A stretch of 64,000 nt of DNA from a bacterium. Its GTDB lineage: Bacteria > Desulfobacterota_D > UBA1144. Below, piece by piece: positions 1 to 10,610 of this stretch. Every line of letters begins with the position of its first letter. The stretch's first letter is position 1. Where the stretch lies: NCBI GenBank assembly GCA_018654605.1, contig JABILG010000003.1:5952-69951 (forward strand). Reading direction: 5' to 3'. The notes below the pieces were generated by a model. The model worked only from the letters and a program-made list of their open reading frames with translations. It had not been told where the DNA came from and ran no database searches. The position numbers and the translations under genes are program-made.

Positions 1-852
1 ATAGGACTGCATGGACAAACGATACACCATTCACAGGAGGTAGGTCAGACAATATCGATTCAGATAACAGAAGCAGATGTTGTTTCAACAAGAACTGGTT
101 TAACAACTATTTATGACTTTAGGAAGAAGGATATTGTTTTAGGAGGTTCGGGAGCCCCCTTAGTTCCAATATTAGATTTTTATCTTTTTCCACAGATAAA
201 AAGACCATTTATTTGTCAAAATTTAGGTGGAATTGCAAACTCAACTTTAGTCGAAAAGACTTTCCTGAAATGTATAGGATATGATTCTGGACCAGCTAAT
301 TGTTTAATCGACAGAGCTTTTCAGATTAAGTATAAAAGTAAAATCTTTTTTGATAAGGATGGTGCAACAGCTAAAAAGGGGAGAGTTGTACCTGTTTTGC
401 TAAGCAAGATTCTTAGGAATCCCTTCTTTTCTTTGATACCACCAAAATCCACAGGAAATAAAGAATTTGGTGTAGAATATGCGAATAACTTGTTGCGCTA
501 CTCACTTCAAAAAGGCATCAGATTTAATGATTTAGTTTCCACTCTTTCAACCGCAACTATAGAATCCATAGCAAGCTCATATGAAAGATTTATATTCCCG
601 ATTTCAAGTCCTACCCAAGTAATAGTTTCGGGGGGTGGGGTAAGGAATAGCTTTATAATGGAAGGTCTTAGAGAAAGATTGCCTGGACTTGATTTTATTC
701 CATCCGATGAATTAGGTATTCCTTCTAAGTATAAAGAAGCAATATTATTTGCGCTATTGGGATATCTAAGATTAACAAATAAGAGCTTTCTTCTTAAAAA
801 TCTTACGGGTTCAAAGAAAAAAGTTTTGCTAGGGAAGATTTCAAGTCCATAA
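1..852 (+). CDS. anmK: Anhydro-N-acetylmuramic acid kinase (5'-truncated by window edge)
   Basis: Frame 1 is open from base 1: IGLHGQTIHH, DFRKKD..LGGSGAPL, NLGGIAN, YDSGPAN, PPKSTG, SGGGVRN, KEAILFA. The ORF track shows only the last 151 aa. Confidence 0.93.
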   Translation: MGLHGQTIHHSQEVGQTISIQITEADVVSTRTGLTTIYDFRKKDIVLGGSGAPLVPILDFYLFPQIKRPFICQNLGGIANSTLVEKTFLKCIGYDSGPANCLIDRAFQIKYKSKIFFDKDGATAKKGRVVPVLLSKILRNPFFSLIPPKSTGNKEFGVEYANNLLRYSLQKGIRFNDLVSTLSTATIESIASSYERFIFPISSPTQVIVSGGGVRNSFIMEGLRERLPGLDFIPSDELGIPSKYKEAILFALLGYLRLTNKSFLLKNLTGSKKKVLLGKISSP

Positions 853-853
853 A

Positions 854-1843
854 ATGAAAAATCTTATTTCAAATCTAATAATTCCTAGAATTAATTTAAA
901 TTCTTCTGAATCAATAAAAGAAGCGATTCAACTTGTTCAAAAGCATTCCTTTGATTCTTTTATTTTATTTGCTACTGATGAGGTGGCATTTGGTGAAAAT
1001 ATAAAATTTACACTGGAAGATTTATCTGCGCTAAGAGATAAATTAGATTCTATTTCTGAGGACAAGGTTCTCTTTTTCTTGGATGGAGAAAATGGTTTAG
1101 GTCGAAGATGTTCGGTTGGTGAAGAGCATGACTTTTCTAATATAGAAGCTTTAGACGACAACCAAATTAAAAATATATTCGATTCTATAAATTCAGAGCT
1201 ATATACTAATAAAATATCTTTTAATCTTGCTCCTGTGGTAGATTTGGGTCAAAAAAAGTCAAAAGTCCTTAGTGGTAGAACTTTCTCAGAATCTCCCCAA
1301 GTGGTAACAAAGATTGCGAAAATTTTCTTAGATTCTTGTGCTGATAACAATCTAATTAGTTGCTTGAAGCATTTTCCTGGACATGGCATAGTCGATGGGG
1401 ACACCCACGATAAATTAATCAAAAGTTCGACTTCAGACCCCAATTTAATCAATGACCATTTACAACCATTCGTAGATTTAGCCCATGATGTCGAAATGAT
1501 GATGATTAATCATATTAATTATAGCTTCTATGACTCCCCACTAATTCCTGCATCGATGTCGGAAAATATAATAAGAAGACTTTTATTAGAAGAGTTGGAC
1601 TTTAAGGGCTTAATTATTAGTGACTCTATTAGGATGGGAGCTTTAACTGAAAATTTTAGCGAATCAAAAATATCACAAGAATTTATATTGAATGGTGGAG
1701 ACTTGATTCTTGATCCTATAGGACCGGCTCAATTAATTGATGTTATTGGGAATATTTACTCTAAAGCGAGTGAAGACATTGATGAAAAAATAAAAAAAAT
1801 TATCAAGATAAAGAACAAAGCTAGGAGTTTAATGTTTAGATGA
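854..1843 (+). CDS. nagZ: GH3 beta-N-acetylhexosaminidase (NagZ-like)
   Basis: NLAPVVD, GRTFS, KHFPGHG...DTH, IISDS motifs; follows anmK. Confidence 0.85.
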   Translation: MKNLISNLIIPRINLNSSESIKEAIQLVQKHSFDSFILFATDEVAFGENIKFTLEDLSALRDKLDSISEDKVLFFLDGENGLGRRCSVGEEHDFSNIEALDDNQIKNIFDSINSELYTNKISFNLAPVVDLGQKKSKVLSGRTFSESPQVVTKIAKIFLDSCADNNLISCLKHFPGHGIVDGDTHDKLIKSSTSDPNLINDHLQPFVDLAHDVEMMMINHINYSFYDSPLIPASMSENIIRRLLLEELDFKGLIISDSIRMGALTENFSESKISQEFILNGGDLILDPIGPAQLIDVIGNIYSKASEDIDEKIKKIIKIKNKARSLMFR

Positions 1844-3558
1844 GTTACTTTCTTTTTTTAGAGTTCTTATCTGCCTTTGACTTAATAATAATCTCGCTAT
1901 ATTTGCTCCTTAGTATGTCTATCGGAATTTATTTTAAGAAAAGAAGCCAAAACAGTATTAGTTCCTATTTTGTTTCAGAAAGGAACCTCCCTTGGTGGCT
2001 CTTGGGAACTTCAATGGTCGCTACAACTTTATCCATTGATACACCAATAGTAATTATCTCATGGATACGAGATCCAGGAATTTGGAAGAACTGGTTTTGG
2101 TGGTCTTTTCTGTTCACACACTGTCTTGTAATATTTTTCTTTTCTAAATATTGGAGAAGGGCTAATGTCATAACTGATAATCAATTGATTGAGATTCGTT
2201 ATTCTGGTGCGCCTGCTAGATACTTAAGGATTTTTAAAGCTTTCTACTTTTCTATGTTTTTTAATTTGATAATATCTGCCTGGATAATTAGTGCTTTTCT
2301 TAAAATCTTTAATGTTATATTAGGTTTTGATAGTACAGCTTTATTGGTAATAGTTACCCTTGTTGCCTTATTCTATTCAACATCTTCAGGTTTAAAAGGC
2401 ATTGTAATTAATGACTTTATTCAATATTTCGTTGCCTTTGCAGGTTCAATAATCCTAGTAGTCTTCTTGATTAATTCAGATAAGATAGGTGGAATTGGGA
2501 ACTACTTTAGCTTGGTAAAAAATCTTTCAGCGGAAAAGTTATCTATGATTCCATCAATTTTTAATAAAGGGGACTTTATGCTTTTCTTAAGCTATTCAAC
2601 AATGGTTTGGTGGTCCTCCCATAATTCCGATGGTGGGGGTTATATAATTCAAAGGCTTTGCTCTGCTAGGTCTGAAAGAGACGGTGTGTTAGGGACAATT
2701 TGGTTTGTCCTGAACCACTATGTGCTAAGATTCGCACCTTGGATAGTTATAGGTTTGTGTGCTTTAATCCTTTATCCTACAGAGGGCTACTTGTTGGCAG
2801 ACAGTGAGGAGATTTATCCTCTTTTGATTAGAGACTATGTATCAGACGGTTTTAGAGGCTTCCTGATTGTTACCCTTCTGGCTGCATACATGTCTACAAT
2901 TAGCACCCAAATTAACTGGGGTTCATCCTACTTGGTAAACGATTTATACAAAAGATTCTATGCCAGCAATGAAAGCGAAGAACATTATGTTCTCGTGTCA
3001 AAAATATTTACAATAATCTTTTTGTTATTAGCTTTATTCGTAGGTATTGGAATTAAGAACATAGGTTCGGCATGGATATTCCTTTGGTCTGTAAGCTCAG
3101 GTCTTGGCTTCTTCCTAATTGCCAGATGGTTCTGGTGGAGAATTAATTCTTGGTCTGAAATATCTGCTTTGATTTGCTCTGTATCTTTAAGTGGATTTTT
3201 TTATTTTTTAGATTACTTAAATGTTCTCTCTATAAATTTTACTCTAAAGCTAATAATCATACCTATATCAATTCTTATTGGCTTGATAGTAACGCTTATC
3301 ACTAGTCCTGAAGATGACAAGGTTTTGAATGATTTTTATAATAAAATTCGACCAGATGGATTTTGGAAACAAAATAAGTCTAGGAGTATTGGTAAAGTTG
3401 GAGCCCCTTTGTTTAAAGCCTTCCAGCTTAGCTTGTCAATACTCATCCTTATATACTCAATTATAGAGCTGGCCACAGGAAGTTTCTTTTCAGGAACCTT
3501 GTGTTTATTTATAGGATCTATTCTATTGATTTATATTATAAGAAGAATTGAGGATTAA
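1840..3558 (+). CDS. Sodium:solute symporter family protein
   Basis: Many TM helices; YFVSERNLPWWLLGTSMVATT, IIQRL, LAAYMSTIST SSS signatures. Confidence 0.88.
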   Translation: MSYFLFLEFLSAFDLIIISLYLLLSMSIGIYFKKRSQNSISSYFVSERNLPWWLLGTSMVATTLSIDTPIVIISWIRDPGIWKNWFWWSFLFTHCLVIFFFSKYWRRANVITDNQLIEIRYSGAPARYLRIFKAFYFSMFFNLIISAWIISAFLKIFNVILGFDSTALLVIVTLVALFYSTSSGLKGIVINDFIQYFVAFAGSIILVVFLINSDKIGGIGNYFSLVKNLSAEKLSMIPSIFNKGDFMLFLSYSTMVWWSSHNSDGGGYIIQRLCSARSERDGVLGTIWFVLNHYVLRFAPWIVIGLCALILYPTEGYLLADSEEIYPLLIRDYVSDGFRGFLIVTLLAAYMSTISTQINWGSSYLVNDLYKRFYASNESEEHYVLVSKIFTIIFLLLALFVGIGIKNIGSAWIFLWSVSSGLGFFLIARWFWWRINSWSEISALICSVSLSGFFYFLDYLNVLSINFTLKLIIIPISILIGLIVTLITSPEDDKVLNDFYNKIRPDGFWKQNKSRSIGKVGAPLFKAFQLSLSILILIYSIIELATGSFFSGTLCLFIGSILLIYIIRRIED

Positions 3559-3562
3559 TAAT

Positions 3563-3886
3563 TTAAACTGTGAAAGATGATCCACAACCACACGAAGCTT
3601 TAGCGTTAGGGTTCTCAATTCCAAAACCTGTACCATTTAGACCGTCAGAAAAATTAAGAGTTCCTCCCTCTAAATGAGTGAGGCTAAATTTATCTATAAC
3701 GACTCTTACATTAGAATTTTCAAAAACTTGATCTGATTCGTCTACGGAATCATCAAATCCCATCTCATATGAAAAACCTGAGCAACCACCAGGAACTACC
3801 TTGATTCTTAAGAAAGACTCGGGAGATTCTTCATCATTTAGAAGCCTAGTAATTTCACCAACTGCTTTTTCGCTTATATTAAACAT
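3563..3886 (-). CDS. A-type Fe-S carrier (IscA/ErpA/HesB family)
   Basis: GGCSGFSY and C-terminal CGCGSSF. Confidence 0.93.
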   Translation of the reverse strand: MFNISEKAVGEITRLLNDEESPESFLRIKVVPGGCSGFSYEMGFDDSVDESDQVFENSNVRVVIDKFSLTHLEGGTLNFSDGLNGTGFGIENPNAKASCGCGSSFTV

Positions 3887-3962
3887 AGATATAATAATAA
3901 GTAATTAGCATATACTTAGCAATATTTTTGTTTGCATAACTAATGCTGTATATTATTTTTTA

Positions 3963-5072
3963 ATGAAAGTAATGAATTTAATATACGATGATACTAAGAA
4001 TTCGTCTGATTTGCTTTATAAAGCAAGATTTAAAGCACCTGACCCTATTATTTTTTTTGAAATAAGAAAAAAGAAATATTTAGTGCTAAATGATTTAGAG
4101 ATTCAGAGAGGAAAGAAGCAGGCTAAGGTAGATGAAGTTCTATCTCTAAGAGAGATATCACAAAAGATAAAGAGTAGTGAGATTGTTGATATCATTAAGG
4201 CATTAATAAAGAAATTTAATATTACTAAAGTGGTAGTTCCATATAGTTTCCCATCTTATGTATTCAATGAGATTAAAAAGTCCAAGATTAAAATTGAAGC
4301 TTTCAGTAGTCCCATATTCTTTAAGTCACGCTTGATAAAAGATTCAGATGAGATTAATAAAATAAAAAAGACAATGAAGCTGACAGAGTTAGTATTAGGA
4401 AAGATTATAGATAAAATAAAATCATCAAAAGCTAGAAATAGTTTTCTATATTTAGATAACAAGATTTTAACTTCACAGATTCTTAGAAGTTTTTGTCAAA
4501 AAGAATTAGTTTCTCTAGGTCTTGAGTGCCCTGATTGTATCATCTCATCTGGAAGAAGCTCCGCATTACCACATCATGAAGGATCGGGTCCTATAAAAGA
4601 ATCTTCACCAATTATACTAGATATATTCCCACGACATATTGAAAGTGGATACTTTGCTGATATTACAAGAACTGTAATCAAAGGAAAGCCAAGTGATATT
4701 TTAAGAGACATGTTTAAGACTGTTCTTCAGGGGCAAAGAATTGGAGTAAAGCTAGTTAAGGCTGGTAGAAATTCTAAGACCATCCATAGCTCTATCAAAA
4801 ACTTTTTTGATAAGTCTGGTTTCTTAACAGATTTTGCTAAAAATAACCCTGAGGGATTCATACATTCCACAGGTCATGGGTTAGGCCTAGATATTCATGA
4901 GCCACCAAGGGTCTCACTCTTAAGTGAAACATTAAAACGTAATCATGTAATCACAATTGAACCGGGGCTTTACTATCCAAAAATTGGTGGAATCAGGATA
5001 GAAGATACTGTTGTTGTTACTGACGAGGGTTGTAGAAATTTAAGCTCATTCCCTAAAATGTTTGAGATATGA
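3963..5072 (+). CDS. Xaa-Pro aminopeptidase/prolidase (M24B)
   Basis: LPHH, D..P...GYFADITRT, HSTGHGLGLDIHE, TIEPGLY, GIRIED. Confidence 0.92.
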   Translation: MKVMNLIYDDTKNSSDLLYKARFKAPDPIIFFEIRKKKYLVLNDLEIQRGKKQAKVDEVLSLREISQKIKSSEIVDIIKALIKKFNITKVVVPYSFPSYVFNEIKKSKIKIEAFSSPIFFKSRLIKDSDEINKIKKTMKLTELVLGKIIDKIKSSKARNSFLYLDNKILTSQILRSFCQKELVSLGLECPDCIISSGRSSALPHHEGSGPIKESSPIILDIFPRHIESGYFADITRTVIKGKPSDILRDMFKTVLQGQRIGVKLVKAGRNSKTIHSSIKNFFDKSGFLTDFAKNNPEGFIHSTGHGLGLDIHEPPRVSLLSETLKRNHVITIEPGLYYPKIGGIRIEDTVVVTDEGCRNLSSFPKMFEI

Positions 5073-5832
5073 TTTGAGTGATATAGAAAAAAAGTTTAGG
5101 AATCTAATAAAAACCACTAAGGCATTAAGGGCTGAAGGCGGATGCCCGTGGGACAAGAAGCAGACCTTCGAAACTTTAAGAACTTATATAATAGAGGAAG
5201 CTTATGAGGTTATAGAGGCAATAGATAATGGCGATATTTCAAACTTAAAAGAAGAGGTGGGCGATTTACTTTTACAAGTTTTATTTATATCAAATATCGC
5301 TGAAGAGAAAGATTTGTTCAACCTAAGCGATGTCCTTGTTGCTCTAGATGATAAGTTAATTAGACGCCACCCACATGTGTTTGGGGATAGAAAGGCTGGT
5401 AATGAGAAGGAAGCTTTGGATATATGGAATGAACAAAAACTTAAAGAGGATAATTATAAGAGTCAAGAATTCTCGAAAATTACTCCTTCATTGATACGCG
5501 CGATAGACATCTCTAAGTCATATAGTAAGTCTGGTTTAGATTTCCCATCTGAAGCAAGTATCTTATTAAAACTTCAGTCAGAAATAAATGAGTTTAATGA
5601 AGCCAGTTTGTCAGAAGATTCAGTGAATATAGAAGATGAGCTAGGAGATATACTATTTACTGTTGCTAATATATGTAGAATAAAGAAAATTAATCCCGAG
5701 ATAGCACTAAATAAAAGTAGTGATAAGTTCAACGAAAGAGCCAAGATTTTTTTAAGATTAAAGTCCGAAGGCGCAAAAGACAAAGACGCATGGGAAAAAG
5801 CTAAATTAACTCTTAAGAAAAGAACCAAGTAG
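5062..5832 (+). CDS. mazG: Nucleoside triphosphate pyrophosphohydrolase MazG
   Basis: GCPWD.KQT, EEAYEV, EEVGDLL, KLIRRHPHVF, second domain EDELGDILF. Confidence 0.93.
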   Translation: MRYDLSDIEKKFRNLIKTTKALRAEGGCPWDKKQTFETLRTYIIEEAYEVIEAIDNGDISNLKEEVGDLLLQVLFISNIAEEKDLFNLSDVLVALDDKLIRRHPHVFGDRKAGNEKEALDIWNEQKLKEDNYKSQEFSKITPSLIRAIDISKSYSKSGLDFPSEASILLKLQSEINEFNEASLSEDSVNIEDELGDILFTVANICRIKKINPEIALNKSSDKFNERAKIFLRLKSEGAKDKDAWEKAKLTLKKRTK

Positions 5833-7005
5833 CCTATGACCATCATCGTGTACAATATTTGATTCATTTGCCGATCTTTCATTAAATGTATCTTTATTAT
5901 GGTTATTTTTATTTAACCTAGAATCAAAGATCATATATGGGACATATTCGTAACTATGAGTTCTTATATCTACTGGCGTAGGATGATCAGAAACAATGCA
6001 AATCTTATATTCATTATGCTCTCTTTTAAGTCCTTCCATTATAGGGCCAACCACTTCTTTATCTAGGTCAGTTATTGCTTGAATCTTCTTTCTATAGTTT
6101 CCTTCATGCCCTGTCTCATCTGGAGCTTCTATGTGAATCATACAAAAGTCACCCTTTTTTAAACTCTTAAGGGCAGCATCAACTTTACCCTTATAGTTTG
6201 TATCCAAGTATCCTGTTGCACCGTCTACTTCAAGTACATTTAGCCCGCTTAATTTACCAATTCCTTTGATTAGATCAACTGCAGATATTACAGAACCATT
6301 TATCTTATGGATAGATTTAAAATGAGGGAGAGTAGGTTTCTTTCCTTGCCCCCAAAGCCATATGTCGCTACAATCTGAATTTTTCAACTCAGGGATAAGA
6401 TTTTTTAACTTTTTTATCTCAATTCTAGCTTGCCTCATTAAATCTCTTAATTTAACAGAGCCAGGACCTGTAGGTAGATACTGGATAATATTTTTTTCAA
6501 GTATGTCATGAGGAGGAGTAGTTTCAAGATTATTCTGGCCACCTTTCCAAACTACGATATGTCTATAGCTAACCCCTTGGTATAATTTAAACTCAGCATC
6601 TTCTAGCTTTTCTTTTAAAGCACCTATAATTTTTCTTGATATCTCTGTATCTATATGTCCAGCCGAATGGTCATCCATGAACTCTTTACCATTCTTATTG
6701 ATAATCTTAACTAAGTTGCATCTATAACATATATCGTCTGGCTCTAAATTAATACCTATGCTTTCAGCCTCAATAGGTGACCTACCAGTAAAATATTTCT
6801 CTGGATTATATCCCAAGACACTTAGATTCCCGACGTCACTGCCGGACTTCATTCCTTTAGGTATGTGATTAATCGTACCCATTTCAGATGATTGCACTAG
6901 TTGGTCCATAAATGGAGTTTTTGCGGCTTCCAAAGGCGTCTTTCCTTCAAGCTCTACTAGTGGCCTGTCAGGCATCCCATCAGCTTGAATTAAAACAAAC
7001 TTCAA
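5806..7005 (-). CDS. apgM: 2,3-BPG-independent phosphoglycerate mutase, ApgM type
   Basis: DGMPD..GKTPLEAAKTP.MD, GSDV, EAPDETGH, SDHPTP. Likely TTG start at 7005 overlapping the lipA stop; the ORF-track start at 7089 lies inside lipA. Confidence 0.88.
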   Translation of the reverse strand: MKFVLIQADGMPDRPLVELEGKTPLEAAKTPFMDQLVQSSEMGTINHIPKGMKSGSDVGNLSVLGYNPEKYFTGRSPIEAESIGINLEPDDICYRCNLVKIINKNGKEFMDDHSAGHIDTEISRKIIGALKEKLEDAEFKLYQGVSYRHIVVWKGGQNNLETTPPHDILEKNIIQYLPTGPGSVKLRDLMRQARIEIKKLKNLIPELKNSDCSDIWLWGQGKKPTLPHFKSIHKINGSVISAVDLIKGIGKLSGLNVLEVDGATGYLDTNYKGKVDAALKSLKKGDFCMIHIEAPDETGHEGNYRKKIQAITDLDKEVVGPIMEGLKREHNEYKICIVSDHPTPVDIRTHSYEYVPYMIFDSRLNKNNHNKDTFNERSANESNIVHDDGHRLLGSFLKS

Positions 7006-7931
7006 TTGATAACGCCTTTTTCTAGATTTGATTTTGCATTCTTTAACTGGGCTTCTGCATGATAAGAACTTCGAACCATTGGGCCACATTCAGCACTGAT
7101 AATATTTGTTTTTTGTTCAGAATACTTTTTTATTTCCTCAAATTCTTTTGGCGTATAGAACTTAGAAACATTAATAAAATCTTTAGAAGGTTGTAAGTAT
7201 TGACCTACGGTAATAATTTGACAGCCCACAGAATTTAAATCGTTGATGCATTCAAATATTTCATCCTTTGTTTCCCCAAGGCCTATCATTATGCCTGATT
7301 TAGTAACTATGCTCTTTTCTTCGCTAAAGAATCTTAAAAGCGACAATGATCTACTATATATTGCCTGAGGTCTAACAGCCCTTTTGATACCTGTGCCCGT
7401 ATTCTGTTTAAATCTATAAAGTCTGTTAATTGTTTCGATATTATGGTTTACCACGTCAGGTTGACTATCAAGTATTAACTTATAGCATTCTTCGTCACCT
7501 AGAAAATCAGGGATTAGAACTTCGACTTTAATATTCAGATCAAGATTCTTGATTTCTTTAATTGAATTTGCAAATATCTTTGCACTTTCATGATTTTTAT
7601 CATCTCTATTTACTGAAGTTAAAACAATATGATTTATCAATGCGTTATTATCTTTTAAGTCGAGAATACCTCTGGCTAATCTTTTAGGTTCTAGATAATC
7701 AATATTTAGGTCTCTTCCAGTCTTTACAGCACAAAATCCGCAACTTCGACTACAGGTATCACCTAAGATCATAAAAGTTAGTGTTCCTAGACTCCAGCAT
7801 TCTCCAATATTTGGACACTTAGCTTCTACGCAAACAGTGTTGAGTTTATTTTTTGAAACTATAGATTTAAGGTCATTAAAGTTGCTCCCAGTGGGGATTT
7901 CTGATTTTATCCAGGCCGGTTTTCTCATCAT
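7002..7931 (-). CDS. lipA: Lipoyl synthase
   Basis: CVEAKCPNIGEC plus CSRSCGFC clusters, GQYLQPS, RSSY. Confidence 0.96.
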   Translation of the reverse strand: MMRKPAWIKSEIPTGSNFNDLKSIVSKNKLNTVCVEAKCPNIGECWSLGTLTFMILGDTCSRSCGFCAVKTGRDLNIDYLEPKRLARGILDLKDNNALINHIVLTSVNRDDKNHESAKIFANSIKEIKNLDLNIKVEVLIPDFLGDEECYKLILDSQPDVVNHNIETINRLYRFKQNTGTGIKRAVRPQAIYSRSLSLLRFFSEEKSIVTKSGIMIGLGETKDEIFECINDLNSVGCQIITVGQYLQPSKDFINVSKFYTPKEFEEIKKYSEQKTNIISAECGPMVRSSYHAEAQLKNAKSNLEKGVIN

Positions 7932-8224
7932 GTTTTATCATTTCCAGAAACATGGCCACCCTCTAAAGCAGCTATTTCTTTCTTTAGCTCATTATTCTTG
8001 AGGCTTTTTCTATAAAGACTAGATCCAATAAGGATTAATGATATTAGAGATCCCAAGATAAAAGAGGAAATCATTAGAATAGAATTGTTCATCTGAATAT
8101 CACTAACTTGAAAGATTTTCATATCATAGTTAATTGAAAAAGTATGGACGAATATAAGCTGATTTTGAAAGATAAAAGTGATTGTGACAATAAACAATAG
8201 GATGATTAATACAGTTTTTAGCAT
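7928..8224 (-). CDS. LapA-family (DUF1049) small membrane protein
   Basis: TM-FQN-loop-TM-coiled-coil tail architecture. Confidence 0.6.
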   Translation of the reverse strand: MLKTVLIILLFIVTITFIFQNQLIFVHTFSINYDMKIFQVSDIQMNNSILMISSFILGSLISLILIGSSLYRKSLKNNELKKEIAALEGGHVSGNDKT

Positions 8225-8243
8225 AGAAAACAGTTTAACATAT

Positions 8244-9104
8244 TTAGAATTTAGGTGAATAAAGGTAGTAAAGCTTTTTACCCAGCATATTTGTTATGGC
8301 AGAGTTATCTATAGAGGGAATTATTCCATCAAGAAGTTTCTCCTCTCTTATAGGATAATACTCTAGGTCTAGATTCTGAATTCCAGTCTTTTTCTCGATG
8401 TGCATTATTGCCGCTTCAAGCCCACCAATCTCATCGATTAATTTAAGTTCTAGTGCTTGATTACCGGAGAAAACTCTACCATCAGACACTAAATTAGACT
8501 CATCTTTTGTTAAACCTCTTCTTTCTGCAACACTTCTCTTAAATTGATTGTGGATATCGTTAACGAGTAAATTAAGTAACTTTTTTTCTTTACTATTTAA
8601 ACTTCTAGTGGGACTACTAATGTCTTTCATTTCACCAGACTTAATTACTTCTATGTCAAATTTTAGGAACTTTATAAGTTTAGAAAAATCATAATATTGA
8701 CTAATTACACCAATACTCCCAGTTATCGATCCTGCGTTAGCAAAAATATACGAAGTCCCACAAGCTATTAAGTATCCACCTGAGGCCCCTATATCAACAA
8801 TACTTGCAGTCGTAGGTATTTTCTCGGAAAGCTTAGTTAATGAATCATATATTTCCTGCGACGAACCAACAGTTCCACCAGGAGAGTCTATCCTAACTAT
8901 CACACCTTTAATGGAGGAGTCCTCAGAGATATCTTTGATGCTATCTAGGTATTCCTTCGGATTTTTTATAACTCCATCAATTTCAAGTACTGCTATCTTT
9001 TCACCAGATGAAAAAGAAAGCATTGCGCTAATAATGAATAGAGCAATGACAAGTCCGATTCCCACTTTCTTCAAACTTAGTTTGTTTTTTACTTTATCCA
9101 CCAT
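8244..9104 (-). CDS. sppA: Signal peptide peptidase SppA (S49, 36 kDa type)
   Basis: RIDSPGG, GASGGY, TGSIGV, KSG.MKD, DGRVFSG. Start taken as ATG 9104 overlapping the ispH end. Confidence 0.92.
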   Translation of the reverse strand: MVDKVKNKLSLKKVGIGLVIALFIISAMLSFSSGEKIAVLEIDGVIKNPKEYLDSIKDISEDSSIKGVIVRIDSPGGTVGSSQEIYDSLTKLSEKIPTTASIVDIGASGGYLIACGTSYIFANAGSITGSIGVISQYYDFSKLIKFLKFDIEVIKSGEMKDISSPTRSLNSKEKKLLNLLVNDIHNQFKRSVAERRGLTKDESNLVSDGRVFSGNQALELKLIDEIGGLEAAIMHIEKKTGIQNLDLEYYPIREEKLLDGIIPSIDNSAITNMLGKKLYYLYSPKF

Positions 9105-9954
9105 GAAGAACACCATCAATAGTTTGTTTTATTAGCCAAGGTGGAGTTGAAGCACCAGCCGTAATTCCTACAACCTTATTTCTTAGATTCATATTCAAGT
9201 CTTTAATTTCTTTAAATGTCTCAATTTGATAAGTATTTTTATTAACATTCTTACATATGTCAGCAATCTCTTTTGTATTTGAACTATTCTTCCCACCAAT
9301 TACAAACATAATATCTACATCTTTAGCAATTTCTTTTGATTCAATTTGTTTGTTATTTATATCATCACACAAGGTATCGATTGCTTTTATATTAAGATTT
9401 GTAACCAACTTAAATATATCTACCACATCCCAAAAAAGCTCTTTAGGAATAGTTGTTTGGGCTACAATACCAATTTTATTTCCTGGTATTTGTTCTACAT
9501 TAAGCTCGTTTTTATCTTTAATTACCATAACACTTTCGTTTTTAGCATAACTTTTTGCACCTATAACCTCAGGATGCTTATTGTTTCCAACTATGATAAC
9601 AAAGTAATCATTATCAGATAAATATTTTACGGCAAATTGTAATTTTTTAACTATGGGACAGGTCATATCTATAACGTTAATCTCTGATTCTTCTAAATCC
9701 TTTTCTTGATAATTAGGTATCCCATGTGCCCTTATAATTATAGTTCCTCTCTCGTTTTTTTTTATTTCATCAACAACTGACAATCCTTTTTTCTGCAAAA
9801 TATCGACAACTTGTGGGTTATGAATTAAGGGACCAAAAGACTTTACATTTTTATTAGAGTTTTCGTTTAAAACCTCTTCTGCAGTAGTAACTGCTTTCTC
9901 AACTCCGAAACAAACTCCAGCACTATCCGAAATTATTAGCTTCTTAGGCATCAT
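9094..9954 (-). CDS. ispH: 4-hydroxy-3-methylbut-2-enyl diphosphate reductase
   Basis: CFGV, IHNP, AHG, TCP, HPE, QTT, third Cys, SSN, TAGASTP. Confidence 0.95.
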   Translation of the reverse strand: MMPKKLIISDSAGVCFGVEKAVTTAEEVLNENSNKNVKSFGPLIHNPQVVDILQKKGLSVVDEIKKNERGTIIIRAHGIPNYQEKDLEESEINVIDMTCPIVKKLQFAVKYLSDNDYFVIIVGNNKHPEVIGAKSYAKNESVMVIKDKNELNVEQIPGNKIGIVAQTTIPKELFWDVVDIFKLVTNLNIKAIDTLCDDINNKQIESKEIAKDVDIMFVIGGKNSSNTKEIADICKNVNKNTYQIETFKEIKDLNMNLRNKVVGITAGASTPPWLIKQTIDGVLHGG

Positions 9955-10603
9955 TTATCACCGATTCGATTTTTAGAACTACCTCATTAATAGTCATATC
10001 ACTTGTATCTATTATAACGGCATCATCAGCAGGATGGAGGGGGCAGGATTCTCTAGTCATATCTAATTTATCTCTATCCTTTATTTCCCTTGAAACCCTT
10101 TCTTCATTCATGTTAATTCCCAACATTTCCTTTAACTGACTAGCTCTTCTTTTTGCCCTTATCTTTAAATCTGCATCCAAATAAAATTTATATTTAGCAT
10201 CAGGAAAAACATAAGTACCCATATCTCTTCCTTCCGCAATATAATCTTTATTCTTAACTAGCCTCCTTTGCATTTCTCTAAGTATTGTTCTAACAAAATC
10301 ATTAGCAGCAAACTTAGAAGCCAAAGTTGATATCTCATTTGTTCTTATGTCTTCTGTAACATCGTCAGTATTTAATAAGACTCTTTCACCATCTTCATTG
10401 TCTATAAATCTTATATGAAGATCAATTAATATCTTTTTTAACTTACTTAAATCTTTTTCCGTTACACCATTTAAGTCAGCAAAAAGGGCTAGGGCTCTAT
10501 ACATTGCACCAGAGTCGAGATATTTAAAGCCAAAAGATTTAGATATTGCTTTTGCTATTGTTCCTTTTCCTACGCCCGCGGGACCATCAATTGTTATAAT
10601 CAT
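9944..10603 (-). CDS. cmk: Cytidylate kinase
   Basis: IDGPAGVGKGT, LDSGAMYR, EGRDMGT.VFPDA. Confidence 0.96.
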   Translation of the reverse strand: MIITIDGPAGVGKGTIAKAISKSFGFKYLDSGAMYRALALFADLNGVTEKDLSKLKKILIDLHIRFIDNEDGERVLLNTDDVTEDIRTNEISTLASKFAANDFVRTILREMQRRLVKNKDYIAEGRDMGTYVFPDAKYKFYLDADLKIRAKRRASQLKEMLGINMNEERVSREIKDRDKLDMTRESCPLHPADDAVIIDTSDMTINEVVLKIESVINDA

Positions 10604-10610
10604 AAAGCTA

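Noticed and set aside
7006-7089. N-terminal extension of apgM
   Set aside because: It lies within lipA; family homology begins at the TTG at 7005.
7375-7420. About 10-aa insertion in LipA (FKQNTGTGIKR)
   Set aside because: Likely a surface loop; all cluster-binding motifs are intact.
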